Source: Macrostomum lignano
Taxonomy: Eukaryota
NCBI GenBank assembly: GCA_002269645.1
Contig: NIVC01002051.1
Location: 1 to 60,633 of the forward strand
Reading direction: 5' to 3'
Length of the DNA: 60,633 nt
Under the pieces are notes generated by a model that was given only the letters and a program-made list of their open reading frames with translations, made no database searches and was not told where the DNA came from. Positions 10,798 to 23,900 of the stretch are shown here, piece after piece (position 1 is the stretch's first letter; every line of letters starts with the position of its first letter). A program made the translations under genes and the position numbers.

Positions 10798-11090
10798 CAG
10801 GCGTGAAGTGCGCGACTGAGGAAAGAGGCGAAAATGGAGAGCCAATCAGAAGGCAGCGAGGGGGGAGAGAATAACAAGATTGAACTAGACAGAGAGGCGT
10901 GAAGTGCGCGACTTGGAAAGAGGCGAAAATGGAGAGCCAATCAGAAGGCAGCGAGGGGGGAGAGAATAACAAGATTGAACTAGACAGAGAGGCGTGAAGT
11001 GCGCGACTTAGGAAAGAGGGGAAAATGGAGAGCCAATCAGAAAGCAGCGAGGGAGAGAGAATAACAAGATTGAACTAGACAGAGGGAGAG
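10798..11090. repeat. 95-96 bp tandem repeat, about 3 copies
   Basis: GCGTGAAGTGCGCGACT recurs at 10801, 10897 and 10992; each unit contains AGCCAATCAG. Confidence 0.9.
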
Positions 11091-12375
11091 AAAACAGTGA
11101 CTAGTGCAGATGAACTAAAAAAGTCGCGACAAATTTCGCCTTTAAGCGCTTTTTATTTTGCATTTTTACTTCTCCATTCAGTGCCAGACTTTCCATATTT
11201 TAATCTTGCCTACTGAATTTTTTACTGGCATGCATCAATGATATTTGATAATTTGGTCAAAACAATAGCAATACATTTATTCAAATCGCTTTGTGTCGCT
11301 GTATCCGACTTGAATGTTGAGTTTGGTTCAATGATTTACTTTGCTTTTATTGTGTTTTATTGTGTTTTTTGTCTTTTTAATCAACACTGCAATCCATCAC
11401 ACAACTTTGACCAAATTAGTGACCCGAACTGACCCCAAGTCAACCAAGGGAGTTGACCCGAACTGACCCCTGGTCAACCAAAAGATTTAATAATCGAAAG
11501 CCATTGATATGCAGTACTTCTGCTGATTTTTTTCGTATTGCTACGAGGCCAAGGACAACTAAAGCAACGTATATACAGGACGCGACACTCACGTTTCATG
11601 CAAAATGTTTTGAAGGCCACAAGAAAAATACACTACGGAGATAGGAAGTTTTCATTTTTTCAGAACGAAAACATTTGTTCTGAAAATTAGGATTCTATGT
11701 TAATTTTTTTCTACGTACATTTCCTGTACCTAAAAATAAAAAAATGCATGGCACTGCTCGAATTTTTGGTTCTATGAATCTATTTTATCATCTCTGTTAC
11801 ACATATTGTTACACAGTCAGCTAAGAATAACAAAATTGATTCATAAAACCAATGAGCTGAGCCGTGCCATTTTAATGATTTTTAGGCACAGGAGACATGC
11901 AAATGAACGTAGAATAAGAATTGAGCATTCAATCCTAATTTTTGAACAAATTCTTTATATTATATGAACATGTGCTGCTTCCAGTTTCCAGTAGTAAACA
12001 AAGAATAAAATAAAATATGACAATAAATCATAAATACTTACACATAGCTCGTACAACATTCCAAGCATGGCAAATGGGCATTTTATATTGCGTCGGCATA
12101 ATGTGAAAGTACTCAAGTACATTAAAACACATGTACTCGTACCAGTGGTCCTTGGCCAAGATTATAGAAGTTTATTGCTAAGAGGAACTGAAAAGCACGA
12201 TCCTGTTTATCTGGCTAATTGCCATATCATTTGATGAGGTGCCATTTCATTTTGCTTCTGAGGTCTCGGTCGGTGATTAAGAACCTGATTATTGCAACGT
12301 ACGCCGAACCCAATATTTTCTACGATTACCAGCTGTAATTATTATAGCTTATATTCTACACATTCTTAGTAAGTA

Positions 12376-12787
12376 CTATACGGTATGAGATGACTTTCTG
12401 TTTTGCTTGAGGTAGGCACAGACTGGGCCTCCGTGTCCGGACCCGGCCTGCAGCTCGTCGGTCTCCTCGCTCACTAGCAGGCACTGCTCACATTGTTGCT
12501 TAAGAGTTTTCGTTGCCCAAAGCAGCTCCCGGCCGCTGATGAAGCCCTCAGAGTCGCGCACAGTCTCCGGCAGCGGCTTGCTTTTGGTCTCGGGCAACAG
12601 CAGGGCGGTGAAGGCGCTGACAATGCTGAGCCCGCCAAATATGAGGCCGGGCAGGAATTGATTGTCGGCGCCAGGATGTTGGCCAGCCCGGTGCCCAGGA
12701 ACAGGCCGTTGTTGCGAATGGAAGTGGGGAACACCTCGGCGGACCAGACTTCCATGATGCAGTAGCCGGCGGTGAGGAGGCACTTGA
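12376..12787 (-). CDS. SLC22-family (MFS organic cation/anion transporter) terminal exon
   Basis: Acceptor ...cgcatccgcAG at 12789-12788. Reads KCLLTAGYCIMEVWSAEVFPTSIRN.G and LPGLIFGGLSIVSAFTALLLPETKSKPLPETV (SAE.FPT..R and LPETK..LP motifs). Frame break near 12660. Confidence 0.85.
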
Positions 12788-12865
12788 CTGCGGATGCGAG
12801 GGGTGGCAACACAAGGAAAGAAAATTTGCCTTGGGGCTCGCACAGTGATCTTGCCGATGAGGTCC

Positions 12866-12976
12866 CCAACATCCAGGCACAGAGTGCGTACTTGTACATG
12901 TCCGATGATTCTAAGAATTAGTCGGGGCCCCTGTACACCCTGAATGAGTGCGTGTGTGCGTTCAGCAGACTGGGCC
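12866..12976 (+). mobile_element. Diverged SINE-body remnant inside the SLC22 intron
   Basis: Aligns by eye to 57370-57470 (ccaac.tcc.aggcacag, gtacatg, ctgtacac.cctg..tgagtg). Confidence 0.45.
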
Positions 12977-13131
12977 AAAGCTGCTTGCCCCTCCTCGCTG
13001 TACAAGCTATGCTGGGTCGACTAGCCTGGCAGCGCCCACAGCCCCCTGCAAACTGCTAGAACTGCTAGATTTCTGATGCGTTTTTGCTCTCTTACCTGGT
13101 ATCTGTCACAGCTAGAGCTTTGCCAACTCAC

Positions 13132-13476
13132 CCGACATGGCGACGGCGAACCGCCTCTCCGGGATGTTCGGCACGGCGATCGCGCAGGCGCCGCTGATGG
13201 CCGTCAGCACCAGGGTGGTGTATTTGCGGCCGAACTTGTCGCTGACCAGCCAGGCCAGGAAGTAGCTGGGAATCTCGACTGCGTTGCTGATGAGCACGCG
13301 ATGACGACGATGCTTGAGCTGATGAAGGTGGTGAACGTAGCCAGGCCGAAGTAGCAGAAGGTGAACATGGTGAGGAAGTTGAATATGACCAGCGTCTTGA
13401 TGCGCATGACCGGGTAGGTGACCATCTCCATCAGGTTGCCCGTGGGCTCGGGCTCGATCTCCACCTTGAGAAAAGC
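13132..13476 (-). CDS. SLC22-family transporter internal exon (TM7-TM10)
   Basis: Acceptor ttcAG at 13478-13477; donor GTGAGT at 13131, phase-compatible with the next exon. Reads NLMEMVTYPVMRIKTL...CYFGLA and VEIPSYFLAWLVSDKFGRK (D.FGR motif). 1-bp frameshift near 13300. Confidence 0.85.
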
Positions 13477-13713
13477 CTGAAGAACAGCTTTAAAAATTGG
13501 ATTTCAGTGCTTTGTACCTACATGTACACCTGCAGACAGCACTAACAAAAACTATTAGTTGGCAATATCCAGCAGAAGTTTAGACATTGCTAGCATATGC
13601 ACACCTGTACCGGCATTTCCTGGGGGTGTCTTCTAAAGAAGAGACAAAAAAGCAACGTGTCTATAGTTTTCTAGTTTAGCTAGAAAAACCTAATATTGAG
13701 TAGCATTATAATG

Positions 13714-14499
13714 TTGGCGCCCCTGTCTCTCGGTTGGCGCTCCTGTCTCTCGGTGGGCGCATCTGTCTCTCGGTGGGCGCATCTGTCTCTCGGTGGGCGC
13801 CCCTGTCTCTCGGTGGGCGCCCCTGTCTCTCGGTGGGGGCTCCTGTCTCTCGGTTGGCGCTCCTGTCTCTCGGTTGGCGCTCCTGTCTCTCGGTTGGCGC
13901 ATCTGTCTCTCGGTGGGCGCCCCTGTCTCTCGGTTGGCGCTCCTGTCTCCCGGTGGGCGCATCTGTCTCTCGGTTGGCGCTCCTGTCTCCCGGTGGGCGC
14001 ATCTGTCTCTCGGTTGGCGCTCCTGTCTCCCGGTGGGCGCATCTGTCTCTCGGTTGGCGCTCCTGTCTCTCGGTGGGCAGTCTGTCTCTCGGTTGGCGCT
14101 CCTGTCTCTCGGTTGGCGCCCCTGTCTCTCGGTGGGTGCCCCTGTCTCTCGGTGGGCGCCCCTGTCTCTCGGTGGGCGCATCTGTCTCTCGGTGGGCGCC
14201 CCTGTCTCTCGGTTGGCGCTCCTGTCTCTCGGTTGGCGCTCCTGTCTCTCGGTTGGCGCCCCTGTCTCTCGGTTGGCGCTCCTGTCTCTCGGTGGGCGCC
14301 CCTGTCTCTCGGTTGGCGCTCCTGTCTCTCGGTGGGCGCCCCTGTCTCTCGGTTGGCGCTCCTGTCTCTCGGTGGGCGCCCCTGTCTCTCGGTGGGCGCC
14401 CCTGTCTCCCGGTGGGCGCATCTGTCTCTCGGTGGGCGCATCTGTCTCTCGGTTGGCGTCCCTGTCTCTCGGTGGGCGCCCCTGTCTCTCAGTGGGCGC
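13714..14499. repeat. 20-bp GC-rich minisatellite (TGGGCGCCCCTGTCTCTCGG and variants), about 39 copies
   Basis: Directly visible period-20 array; it produces the six-frame repetitive ORFs in the track. Confidence 0.97.
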
Positions 14500-15369
14500 G
14501 ATTTTGTCGGGTCGGGTGACTCCTCGCCTTTGATACAGGGTGTGACAACTTCGGACTTCCCAAACGTTCGCAAACTTCAAAGAGTCTTAACTCGCAACAA
14601 ACCAGCGAGGTTGCTAAGCTCATGGATCGTGATTCGCGTTGTAAAGTAAAGCTTGGAACTCGGTGAGCAGTCGGTGGCCTAACCCTAGTCTTGCTAGATC
14701 ATAAAATTATATGCGTAACAGGTATTTATACACTCTGCAGCATTATTGAATACCACCACCCCAGGGCATGGGCAGAACGATTGACTTCAGCTCACAACCT
14801 ACACTGTAAATGACGCAAAAGGCTTTCCAACTCTCTCTGGGGGGGGGAGTTATCACCCCTCTGGTAAATAGTTTTTCGTTTGCCCTCTTTGTAGTTATAT
14901 TGCTTAAAAGTACGCGCATATAAAAATGCGTACAACAGGGGTTGGCAATGTCTCTTCTTTTCTCAGCTTATATCTCTTCTGAGCTCTCTTCTCTCTTCTC
15001 TCTCCTCCTCTCCTCTCACTCTCTCATCTCACTCATACTGTGTATCAGCACTAGCAGTATTCATATTGCACCTACTACCGCCTGGGCATTCACGTTGTCA
15101 CGACAACGAGTTCAAAATTTTAAATCAAATCTCAACGCAACTCAAGCAACATTAAAGACCTTATCAAGTGGGCAACGGAGAATGGACACGCATGCATGTA
15201 TGTTCCATATTTAAAATAACTGCCATAAAGACTTCATGTCTTGCCAATATATCAGACATTATAAAAACATTTAGCATTAACTTTCCGGATTAATGAATTC
15301 CGACCCTGGGAATCCTGAGATCCCGCGATCCCAGAAAAAGCCCTAAATCCCGGGGCTGTGACCCCTGCT

Positions 15370-15490
15370 ACTCTCTCCTCTCCTCTCCTGTCTCGTCTCT
15401 CCTCTTCTCTCTTCTTTCCTCTCCCTTCTCTCCTTTTCTCTCCCCTCATCACCTCTCTTCTCATTTTCCCCTTGCTTCGCCTCCTCACTT
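15370..15490. repeat. CT-rich low-complexity tract (a second tract lies at ~14960-15035)
   Basis: Nearly pure pyrimidine CTC/TCT runs. Confidence 0.8.
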
Positions 15491-15597
15491 TTCTTCAGGA
15501 ACAGTGATGTATTTTTACTCACGCAACAACTTTTATCAGAAAAATATATACAGAACAAACGTTTACTGTACAGTCCAAGGGCATATCAGGGGCAGAA

Positions 15598-16140
15598 TGT
15601 TCAAAGAATGTTCAAATTGTGAGCAAAGTATGGAGATTGCGATTACATTGATCGGGTTTGTGCCTTCACTTAGAATACCTTGAGCAAATGGCCCGCACCA
15701 CTGTGAGAAAGCTGAACATTCAGATTTGGTTTCTGGTTCTTAATGTACATAGCTAGGATTTTATGTGCAAAGGTTAGGGTTTAGGCTAGGGTTTAGGCTA
15801 GGGTTTAGGCTAGGGTTTAGGCTAGGGCTTTGGATAGGGTTTAGGTTAGGGTTTTGGATAGGGTTTAGGTTAGGGTTTTGGATGGGGTTTAGGTTAGGGT
15901 TTTGGATAGAGTTTAGGTTGGGGTTTAGTATGAGGTTTAGGTTAGGGTTTCGGATAGAGTTTAGGTTGGGGTTTAGTATGAGGTTTAGGTTAGGGTTTCG
16001 GATAGAGTTTAGGTTAGGGTTTAGTATGGGGTTTAGGTTAGGGTTTTGGATAGAGTTTAGGTTGGGGTTTAGTATGGGGTTTAGGTTAGGGTTTCGGATA
16101 GGGTTTAGGTTAGGGTTAGGCTTTGAACAGACTTTGAACA
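15598..16140. mobile_element. Inverted-repeat-bounded element carrying a telomere-like array
   Basis: TGTTCAAAGAATGTTCAAA (15598-15616) vs reverse complement of 16122-16140, TGTTCAAAGTCTGTTCAAA: 17/19 match. Confidence 0.5.
15772..16120 (+). repeat. Degenerate interstitial TTAGGG-like array with 12- and 24-bp higher-order units
   Basis: TAGGGTTTAGGC units grade into TAGGGTTTTGGATAGAGTTTAGGT-type units. Confidence 0.85.
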
Positions 16141-17620
16141 GCTAGCTAAAAAGGTTTCACCTAAAATGCATTCTGCGCGATAAATAAGTTTTGGACTCTT
16201 ACTATTCTGTGTGCTGGACTTCTGTGCCCCTGCCAATGACCAATGCTCAACGATTGGTATGAGCTGTGCATTTGTCCCGCTTTTGTGCCGCAACAAGTTG
16301 CAAGAATAATAGTGCATGTTTGTTTGCTTACTATTAGTAGAAATAGTAGATAGTTGGTTGCTACATTCAAGTCACTCAGTTTTTCTTACAGTACAAGTCC
16401 ATATTAACAGAGGGAACTGCCAAAAATCAGCACTATCACCCGTTGAAGGTGCCGACGGCGACGGGATGATGACGGAACGCTTGAAAGATTAGCTGAGGAT
16501 GTCCAGCAGTTGCGGCTTGCCCAATGTCGAGGCTTGGTCAGCAAAACTAGAGAAATTCGCATCAGGGTGTCCCAAGTCACCTGGTGCCACCTGTTGAAGG
16601 TCCAGAAGCTCCGCCTGGGTGAAGGCCAGTGATCAGCAAAGTCAAAGCTTGTGCAGACACATGTGGTCGATGCGCTGCTGGTGAAATTTGGAGGCTTGGC
16701 AAGGCTGCACTGAGGCGAAGTGCTGATTGGCGCACAGGGGTGAACTGAATACACTAGCGCTTATGGCACAATCCGACCTTCTGGCAAAATAGTCGAATAT
16801 CTGGACGGTCCGGAGGGCTTGCGACTTGATTCTTGTTTGAGAAGGTGCGCAACAAGAATTTAGCTCGTGTTATTGAATTTCGTGTGCCTGCGTTGCTCCG
16901 TTCCGGCGCTGCAAAAAATGTCAGGGGGGGGGGGAGAATCGGAGGCTTGGTGTTCTTGCTGTTAATCTTCTTTGTGCAACACATATAGGAGACGATTGCG
17001 ATATCCAGAGCGAACGCGACTCGTAAAAACGAGACAATTTATTAGACTAGCTGCATCAACTATTTCGATAAGTCTAGCAAACAGAACATTCTTGTTGACT
17101 ATTTCTTGAAACTGAGCTCATTTCGTGATGCAGATTGACTTGCTAGGCTGAGTGCAGAAATGACTCGTGACTTCTCTCACCTGTTGAATCTTTAACAGCC
17201 TCAATATCTGTGTCCTCATTAGCGGCTTCACTGAGTCGGAGCATGGACTCCTGACGCTAAGTATCTGGACTGCAGGGGAGCCACATGAAAATTTCAGTCG
17301 TTTTGCAGCTGTCTTAAAGCTTTCTCTGTCAAATCCGGATTCTTAGCTCCCGAAGTCCGCCCACGACAGCTGGATTGAGAGCTGGGATCAGGTGCCGCAA
17401 TTGCTCTCCGCCGGTAGGAAAGGGGAAGTGAAAAGTTGGGACACTGCATGACGAGTCGCCTCCTAAACTGAAAGCCTCATTTCCGCAAAAGGGCCGGATG
17501 AGGCATTTAATAGGATGAAGCTGCCTGATCTCTGATTTCTAAGCTCGAAGGGAAATTGCTGCGGGGTACCAGGTTGCTAATGAGCTCTCAGTCTCATGCT
17601 GGACTGCGAGTGAGTGAGTG

Positions 17621-17925
<305 letters not shown>

Positions 17926-20900
17926 CTCTTACGACTGTCTGTGTGTTTAGCGGGACCTGAGTTATGTTAATGCGTTACGTGGACCACGCAATTCCGGTTA
18001 AAAAATAGAGTCTGTTTTGACAACGCGAAAGGCTAGCTAGGGTTATCTTTTTGTTAACTTGACGGAATAGCCAGTTCGGGGAAACTGTGGTGGTTCACTA
18101 ACTACGTTTTGGGGACCGGGTTAGGTGGACCGCAAAAAAACAGTTGGTTTAGTTAGACCTCTTTCGTTGTAGAAAATTTATTGCTTTAAACTGTTCTTTT
18201 GAACTAATTAAAACAGAAATTCTCAAAAAGAACAGATAAAAGGGTTACGACGTCATTTAATGAAAATATCCCAAGTTCAAACCAATTTATTTAGCATTAC
18301 TAATCGGGTTAATCGGGTTAAACAAATGTACGATCGCATTAGTTAGTTGCGTCGCGTGAATACAAGAAGGTGAATGAAAATAAAGCATTTTGAAAATAAA
18401 TACAGAATCATATCAAATACTAACTGTAAACTCATTAAAACTAATTTAGGTCAAAATGTATGCTTCAAATACATGTTAACAAACGTAAGATTCCATTAGT
18501 TAAAAAGGTCATCCGAGTACGAGCCTACAAGAAGTTGAAGGGCAATTTTAATAACGACAAAAGTTACTAAAACTGAAATTAAATTGATTTGACTACATCG
18601 GTCCTATTATACTGAATGAGTTGGTGAGCAATCATATGATAAGCCAATCATTTTACCGACTTTCATCTTTTCGTTCACGCAGATGATGGCCTTATCTTCT
18701 TATTTTTTCTACGAAATATTCTCCTGGACCTTCCCTGCCTCCGTGGTCCGGGACCGCTTCTGTTATTGATCTGTCATTGCCTCTCTCACGAATTTCAGCT
18801 TACTCAGCCATCGAATCCACTTTCGTCAGCTCAGCTCTATGATGAACCTTTCTATATTTCTCGTCAATTAGTGGTTTAAATCTTCTTTTACAGTTCGTTT
18901 TAACCTTCATCTCGGTGAAACGCAGTCAGTCTCGTCGAGCTCAGGCGAACAAAATCAACCACAGGCTCCTACAAAGGTAGAAAATAAAAATAACTGACAA
19001 TCAAACAGACACAGAAATCTGTTCCAGTTGTGTCTGTAGGTTATGTGAACCACCTCAGATCCAGAGCCTCAAACAGACAGAGAAATCTGTTCGAGTTGTG
19101 TCTGTAGGTGAGGTGAACCACCTTCTGAGAGCCTAAGCCTCAAACAGACTGAGAGAGCTGCTTCAGTTGTGTCTGTAGGTTATGTGGACCACCTAAGAGC
19201 CAGAGCCTCAAACAGACAGAGAAATCTGTTCGAGTTGTGTCTGTAGGTTATGTGGACCACCTAAGAGCCAGAGCCTCAAACAGACAGAGAAATCTGTTCG
19301 AGTTGTGTCTGTAGGTTAGGTGGACCAGCTACTCCACAGCACTTCTAGGCGATAATCTGAGCCAGGAGTCTCCGAGAGACTTTCGTTACACATCCAGATG
19401 TTCTGCCTTGATGCTGGACTAGCTCACTTTCTAGGAATCTGTTCTGATTGCATTCTAACAAACTGAAGCATTCTCGGCACTAAACTTTCTCGGCGGCTCT
19501 GAGAGCCAGAGCCTCAAACAGACAGAGAAATCTGTTCGAGTTGTGTCTGTAGGTTAGGTGGACCAGCTATTCTACAGCACTTCTAGGCGATAATCTGAGC
19601 CAGGAATCTCCGAGAGCCTCTCGTTACACATCCAGATGTTCTGCCTTGATGCTGGACTAGCTCACTTTCTAGGAATCTGTTCTGATTGCATTCTAACAAA
19701 CTGAAGCATTCTCGGCACTAAACTTTCTCGGCGGCTCTGAGATCCAGAGCCTCAAACAGACAGAAATCTGTTCGAGTTGTGTCTGTAGGTTAGGTGGACC
19801 AGCTACTCCACAGCACTTCTAGGCGATAATCTGAGCCAGGAGTCTCCGAGAGACTTTCGTTACACATCCAGATGTTCTGCCTTGATGCTGGACTAGCTCA
19901 CTTTCTAGGAATCTGTTCTGATTGCATTCTAACAAACTGAAGCATTCTCGGCACTAAACTTTCTCGGCGGCTCTGAGAGCCAGAGCCTCAAACAGACAGA
20001 GAAATCTGTTCGAGTTGTGTCTGTAGGTTAGGTGGACCAGCTACTCCACAGCACTTCTAGGCGATAATCTGAGCCAGGAGTCTCCGAGAGACTTTCGTTA
20101 CACATCCAGATGTTCTGCCTTGATGCTGGACTAGCTCACTTTCTAGGAATATGTTCTGATTGCATTCTAACAAACTGAAGCATTTTCTGCACTAAACTTT
20201 CTCGGCGGCTCTGAGAGCCAGAGCCTTAAACAGACAGAGAAATCTGTTCGAGTTGTGTCTGTAGGTTAGGTGGACCAGCTACTGAGAGCCAAAGCCTCAA
20301 ACAGACTGAGAGAGCTGCTTCAGTTGTGTCTGTAGGTTATGTGGACCACCTAAGAGCCAGAGCCCTAAACAGACAGAGAAATCTGTTCGAGTTGTGTCTG
20401 TAGGTTAGGTGGACCAGCTACTCCACAGCACTTCTAGGCGATAATCTGAGCCAGGAGTCTCCGAGAGACTTTCGTTACACATCCAGATGTTCTGCCTTGA
20501 TGCTGGACTAGCTCACTTTCTAGGAATCTGTTCTGATTGCATTCTAACAAACTGAAGCATTTTCTGCACTAAACTTTCTCGGCGGCTCTGAGAGCCAGAG
20601 CCTTAAACAGACAGAGAAATCTGTTCGAGTTGTGTCTGTAGGTTTAGGTGGACCAGCTACTGAGAGCCAAAGCCTCAAACAGACTGAGAGAGCTGCTTCA
20701 GTTGTGTCTGTAGGTTATGTGGACCACCTAAGAGCCAGAGCCCTAAACAGACAGAGAAATCTGTTCGAGTTGTGTCTGTAGGTTAGGTGGACCAGCTACT
20801 CCACAGCACTTCTAGGCGATAATCTGAGCCAGGAGTCTCCGAGAGACTTTCGTTACACATCCAGATGTTCTGCCTTGATGCTGGACTAGCTCACTTTCTA

Positions 20901-23900
20901 GGAATCTGTTCTGATTGCATTCTAACAAACTGAAGCATTCTCGGCACTAAACTTTCTCGGCGGCTCTGAGAGCCAGAGCCTCAAACAGACAGAGAAATCT
21001 GTTCGAGTTGTGTCTGTAGGTTAGGTGGACCAGCTACTCCACAGCACTTCTAGGCGATAATCTGAGCCAGGAATCTCCGAGAGCCTCTCGTTACAATCCA
21101 GATGTTCTGCCTTGATGCTGGACTAGCTCACTTTCTAGGAATCTGTTCTGATTGCATTCTAACAAACTGAAGCATTCTCGGCACTAAACTTTCTCGGCGG
21201 CTCTGAGATCCAGAGCCTCAAACAGACAGAGAAATCTGTTCGAGTTGTGTCTGTAGGTTAGGTGGACCAGCTACTCCACAGCACTTCTAGGCGATAATCT
21301 GAGCCAGGAGTCTCCGAGAGACTTTCGTTACACATCCAGATGTTCTGCCTTGATGCTGGACTAGCTCACTTTCTAGGAATATGTTCTGATTGCATTCTAA
21401 CAAACTGAAGCATTTTCTGCACTAAACTTTCTCGGCGGCTCTGAGAGCCAGAGCCTTAAACAGACAGAGAAATCTGTTCGAGTTGTGTCTGTAGGTTAGG
21501 TGGACCAGCTACTGAGAGCCAAAGCCTCAAACAGACTGAGAGAGCTGCTTCAGTTGTGTCTGTAGGTTATGTGGACCACCTAAGAGCCAGAGCCCTAAAC
21601 AGACAGAGAAATCTGTTCGAGTTGTGTCTGTAGGTTAGGTGGACCAGCTACTCCACAGCACTTCTAGGCGATAATCTGAGCCAGGAATCTCCGAGAGCCT
21701 CTCGTTACACATCCAGATGTTCTGCCTTGATGCTGGACTAGCTCACTTTCTAGGAATATGTTCTGATTGCATTCTAACAAACTGAAGCATTTTCTGCACT
21801 AAACTTTCTCGGCGGCTCTGAGAGCCAGAGCCTCAAACAGACAGAGAAATCTGTTCGAGTTGTGTCTGTAGGTTAGGTGGACCAGCTACTCCACAGCACT
21901 TCTAGGCGATAATCTGAGCCAGGAATCTCCGAGAGCCTCTCGTTACAATCCAGATGTTCTGCCTTGATGCTGGACTAGCTCACTTTCTAGGAATCTGTTC
22001 TGATTGCATTCTAACAAACTGAAGCATTCTCGGCACTAAACTTTCTCGGCGGCTCTGAGATCCAGAGCCTCAAACAGACAGAGAAATCTGTTCGAGTTGT
22101 GTCTGTAGGTTAGGTGGACCAGCTACTCCACAGCACTTCTAGGCGATAATCTGAGCCAGGAGTCTCCGAGAGACTTTCGTTACACATCCAGATGTTCTGC
22201 CTTGATGCTGGACTAGCTCACTTTCTAGGAATCTGTTCTGATTACATTCTAACAAACTGAAGCATTCTCGGCACTAAACTTTCTCGGCGGCTCTGAGAGC
22301 CAGAGCCTCAAACAGACAGAGAAATCTGTTCGAGTTGTGTCTGTAGGTTAGGTGGACCAGCTACTCCACAGCACTTCTAGGCGATAATCTGAGCCAGGAG
22401 TCTCCGAGAGACTTTCGTTACACATCCAGATGTTCTGCCTTGATGCTGGACTAGCTCACTTTCTAGGAATCTGTTCTGATTGCATTCTAACAAACTGAAG
22501 CATTCTCGGCACTAAACTTTCTCGGCGGCTCTGAGAGCCAGAGCCTCAAACAGACAGAGAAATCTGTTCGAGTTGTGTCTGTAGGTTAGGTGGACCAGCT
22601 ATTCTACAGCACTTCTAGGCGATAATCTGAGCCAGGAATCTCCGAGAGCCTCTCGTTACACATCCAGATGTTCTACCTCGATGCTGGACTAGCTCACTTT
22701 CTAGGAATATGTTCTGATTGCATTCTAACAAACTGAAGCATTCTCGGCACTAAACTTTCTCGGCGGCTCTGAGAGCCAGAGCCTCAAACAGACAGAGAAA
22801 TCTGTTCGAGTTGTGTCTGTAGGTTAGGTGGACCAGCTACTGAGAGCCAAAGCCTCAAACAGACTGAGAGAGCTGCTTCAGTTGTGTCTGTAGGTTATGT
22901 GGACCACCTAAGAGCCAGAGTCCTAAACAGACAGAGAAATCTGTTCGAGTTGTGTCTGTAGGTTAGGTGGACCAGCTACTCCACAGCACTTCTAGGCGAT
23001 AATCTGAGCCAGGAATCTCCGAGAGCCTCTCGTTACACATCCAGATGTTCTGCCTTGATGCTGGACTAGCTCACTTTCTAGGAATATGTTCTGATTGCAT
23101 TCTAACAAACTGAAGCATTTTCTGCACTAAACTTTCTCGGCGGCTCTGAGAGCCAGAGCCTCAAACAGACAGAGAAATCTGTTCGAGTTGTGTCTGTAGG
23201 TTAGGTGGACCAGCTACTGAGAGCCAAAGCCTCAAACAGACTGAGAGAGCTGCTTCAGTTGTGTCTGTAGGTTATGTGGACCACCTAAGAGCCAGAGCCC
23301 TAAACAGACAGAGAAATCTGTTCGAGTTGTGTCTGTAGGTTAGGTGGACCAGCTACTCCAAAGCACTTCTAGGCGATAATCTGAGCCAGGAATCTCCGAG
23401 AGCCTCTCGTTACACATCCAGATGTTCTACCTCGATGCTGGACTAGCTCACTTTCTAGGAATATGTTCTGATTGCATTCTAACAAACTGAAGCATTCTCG
23501 GCACTAAACTTTCTCGGCGGCTCTGAGAGCCAGAGCCTCAAACAGACAGAGAAATCTGTTCGAGTTGTGTCTGTAGGTTAGGTGGACCAGCTACTCCACA
23601 GCACTTCTAGGCGATAATCTGAGCCAGGAGTCTCCGAGAGACTTTCGTTACACATCCAGATGTTCTGCCTTGATGCTGGACTAGCTCACTTTCTAGGAAT
23701 CTGTTCTGATTGCATTCTAACAAACTGAAGCATTCTCGGCACTAAACTTTCTCGGCGGCTCTGAGATCCAGAGCCTCAAACAGACAGAGAAATCTGTTCG
23801 AGTTGTGTCTGTAGGTTAGGTGGACCAGCTATTCTACAGCACTTCTAGGCGATAATCTGAGCCAGGAATCTCCGAGAGCCTCTCGTTACACATCCAGATG

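Noticed and set aside
13096-13102. 7-nt micro-exon (ag|ATACCAG|gtaag, minus strand) in the SLC22 intron
   Set aside because: It would need a 29-nt upstream intron and would break the phase that already matches without it.
13680-14649. ~300-aa repetitive ORFs in all six frames (also 6615-7153, 15765-16145, 53746-54090, 57953-59066)
   Set aside because: They coincide exactly with minisatellites lacking stop codons; there are no domains or splice context.
14936-15367. Possible hAT MITE (CAGGGGT...ACCCCTG)
   Set aside because: Only 7 bp of terminal match, and the flanking 8-mers (gcgtacaa/ctactctc) do not form a TSD.
15772-16120. True telomere or chromosome-fusion scar
   Set aside because: Highly degenerate, single orientation, internal, and bounded by inverted repeats.
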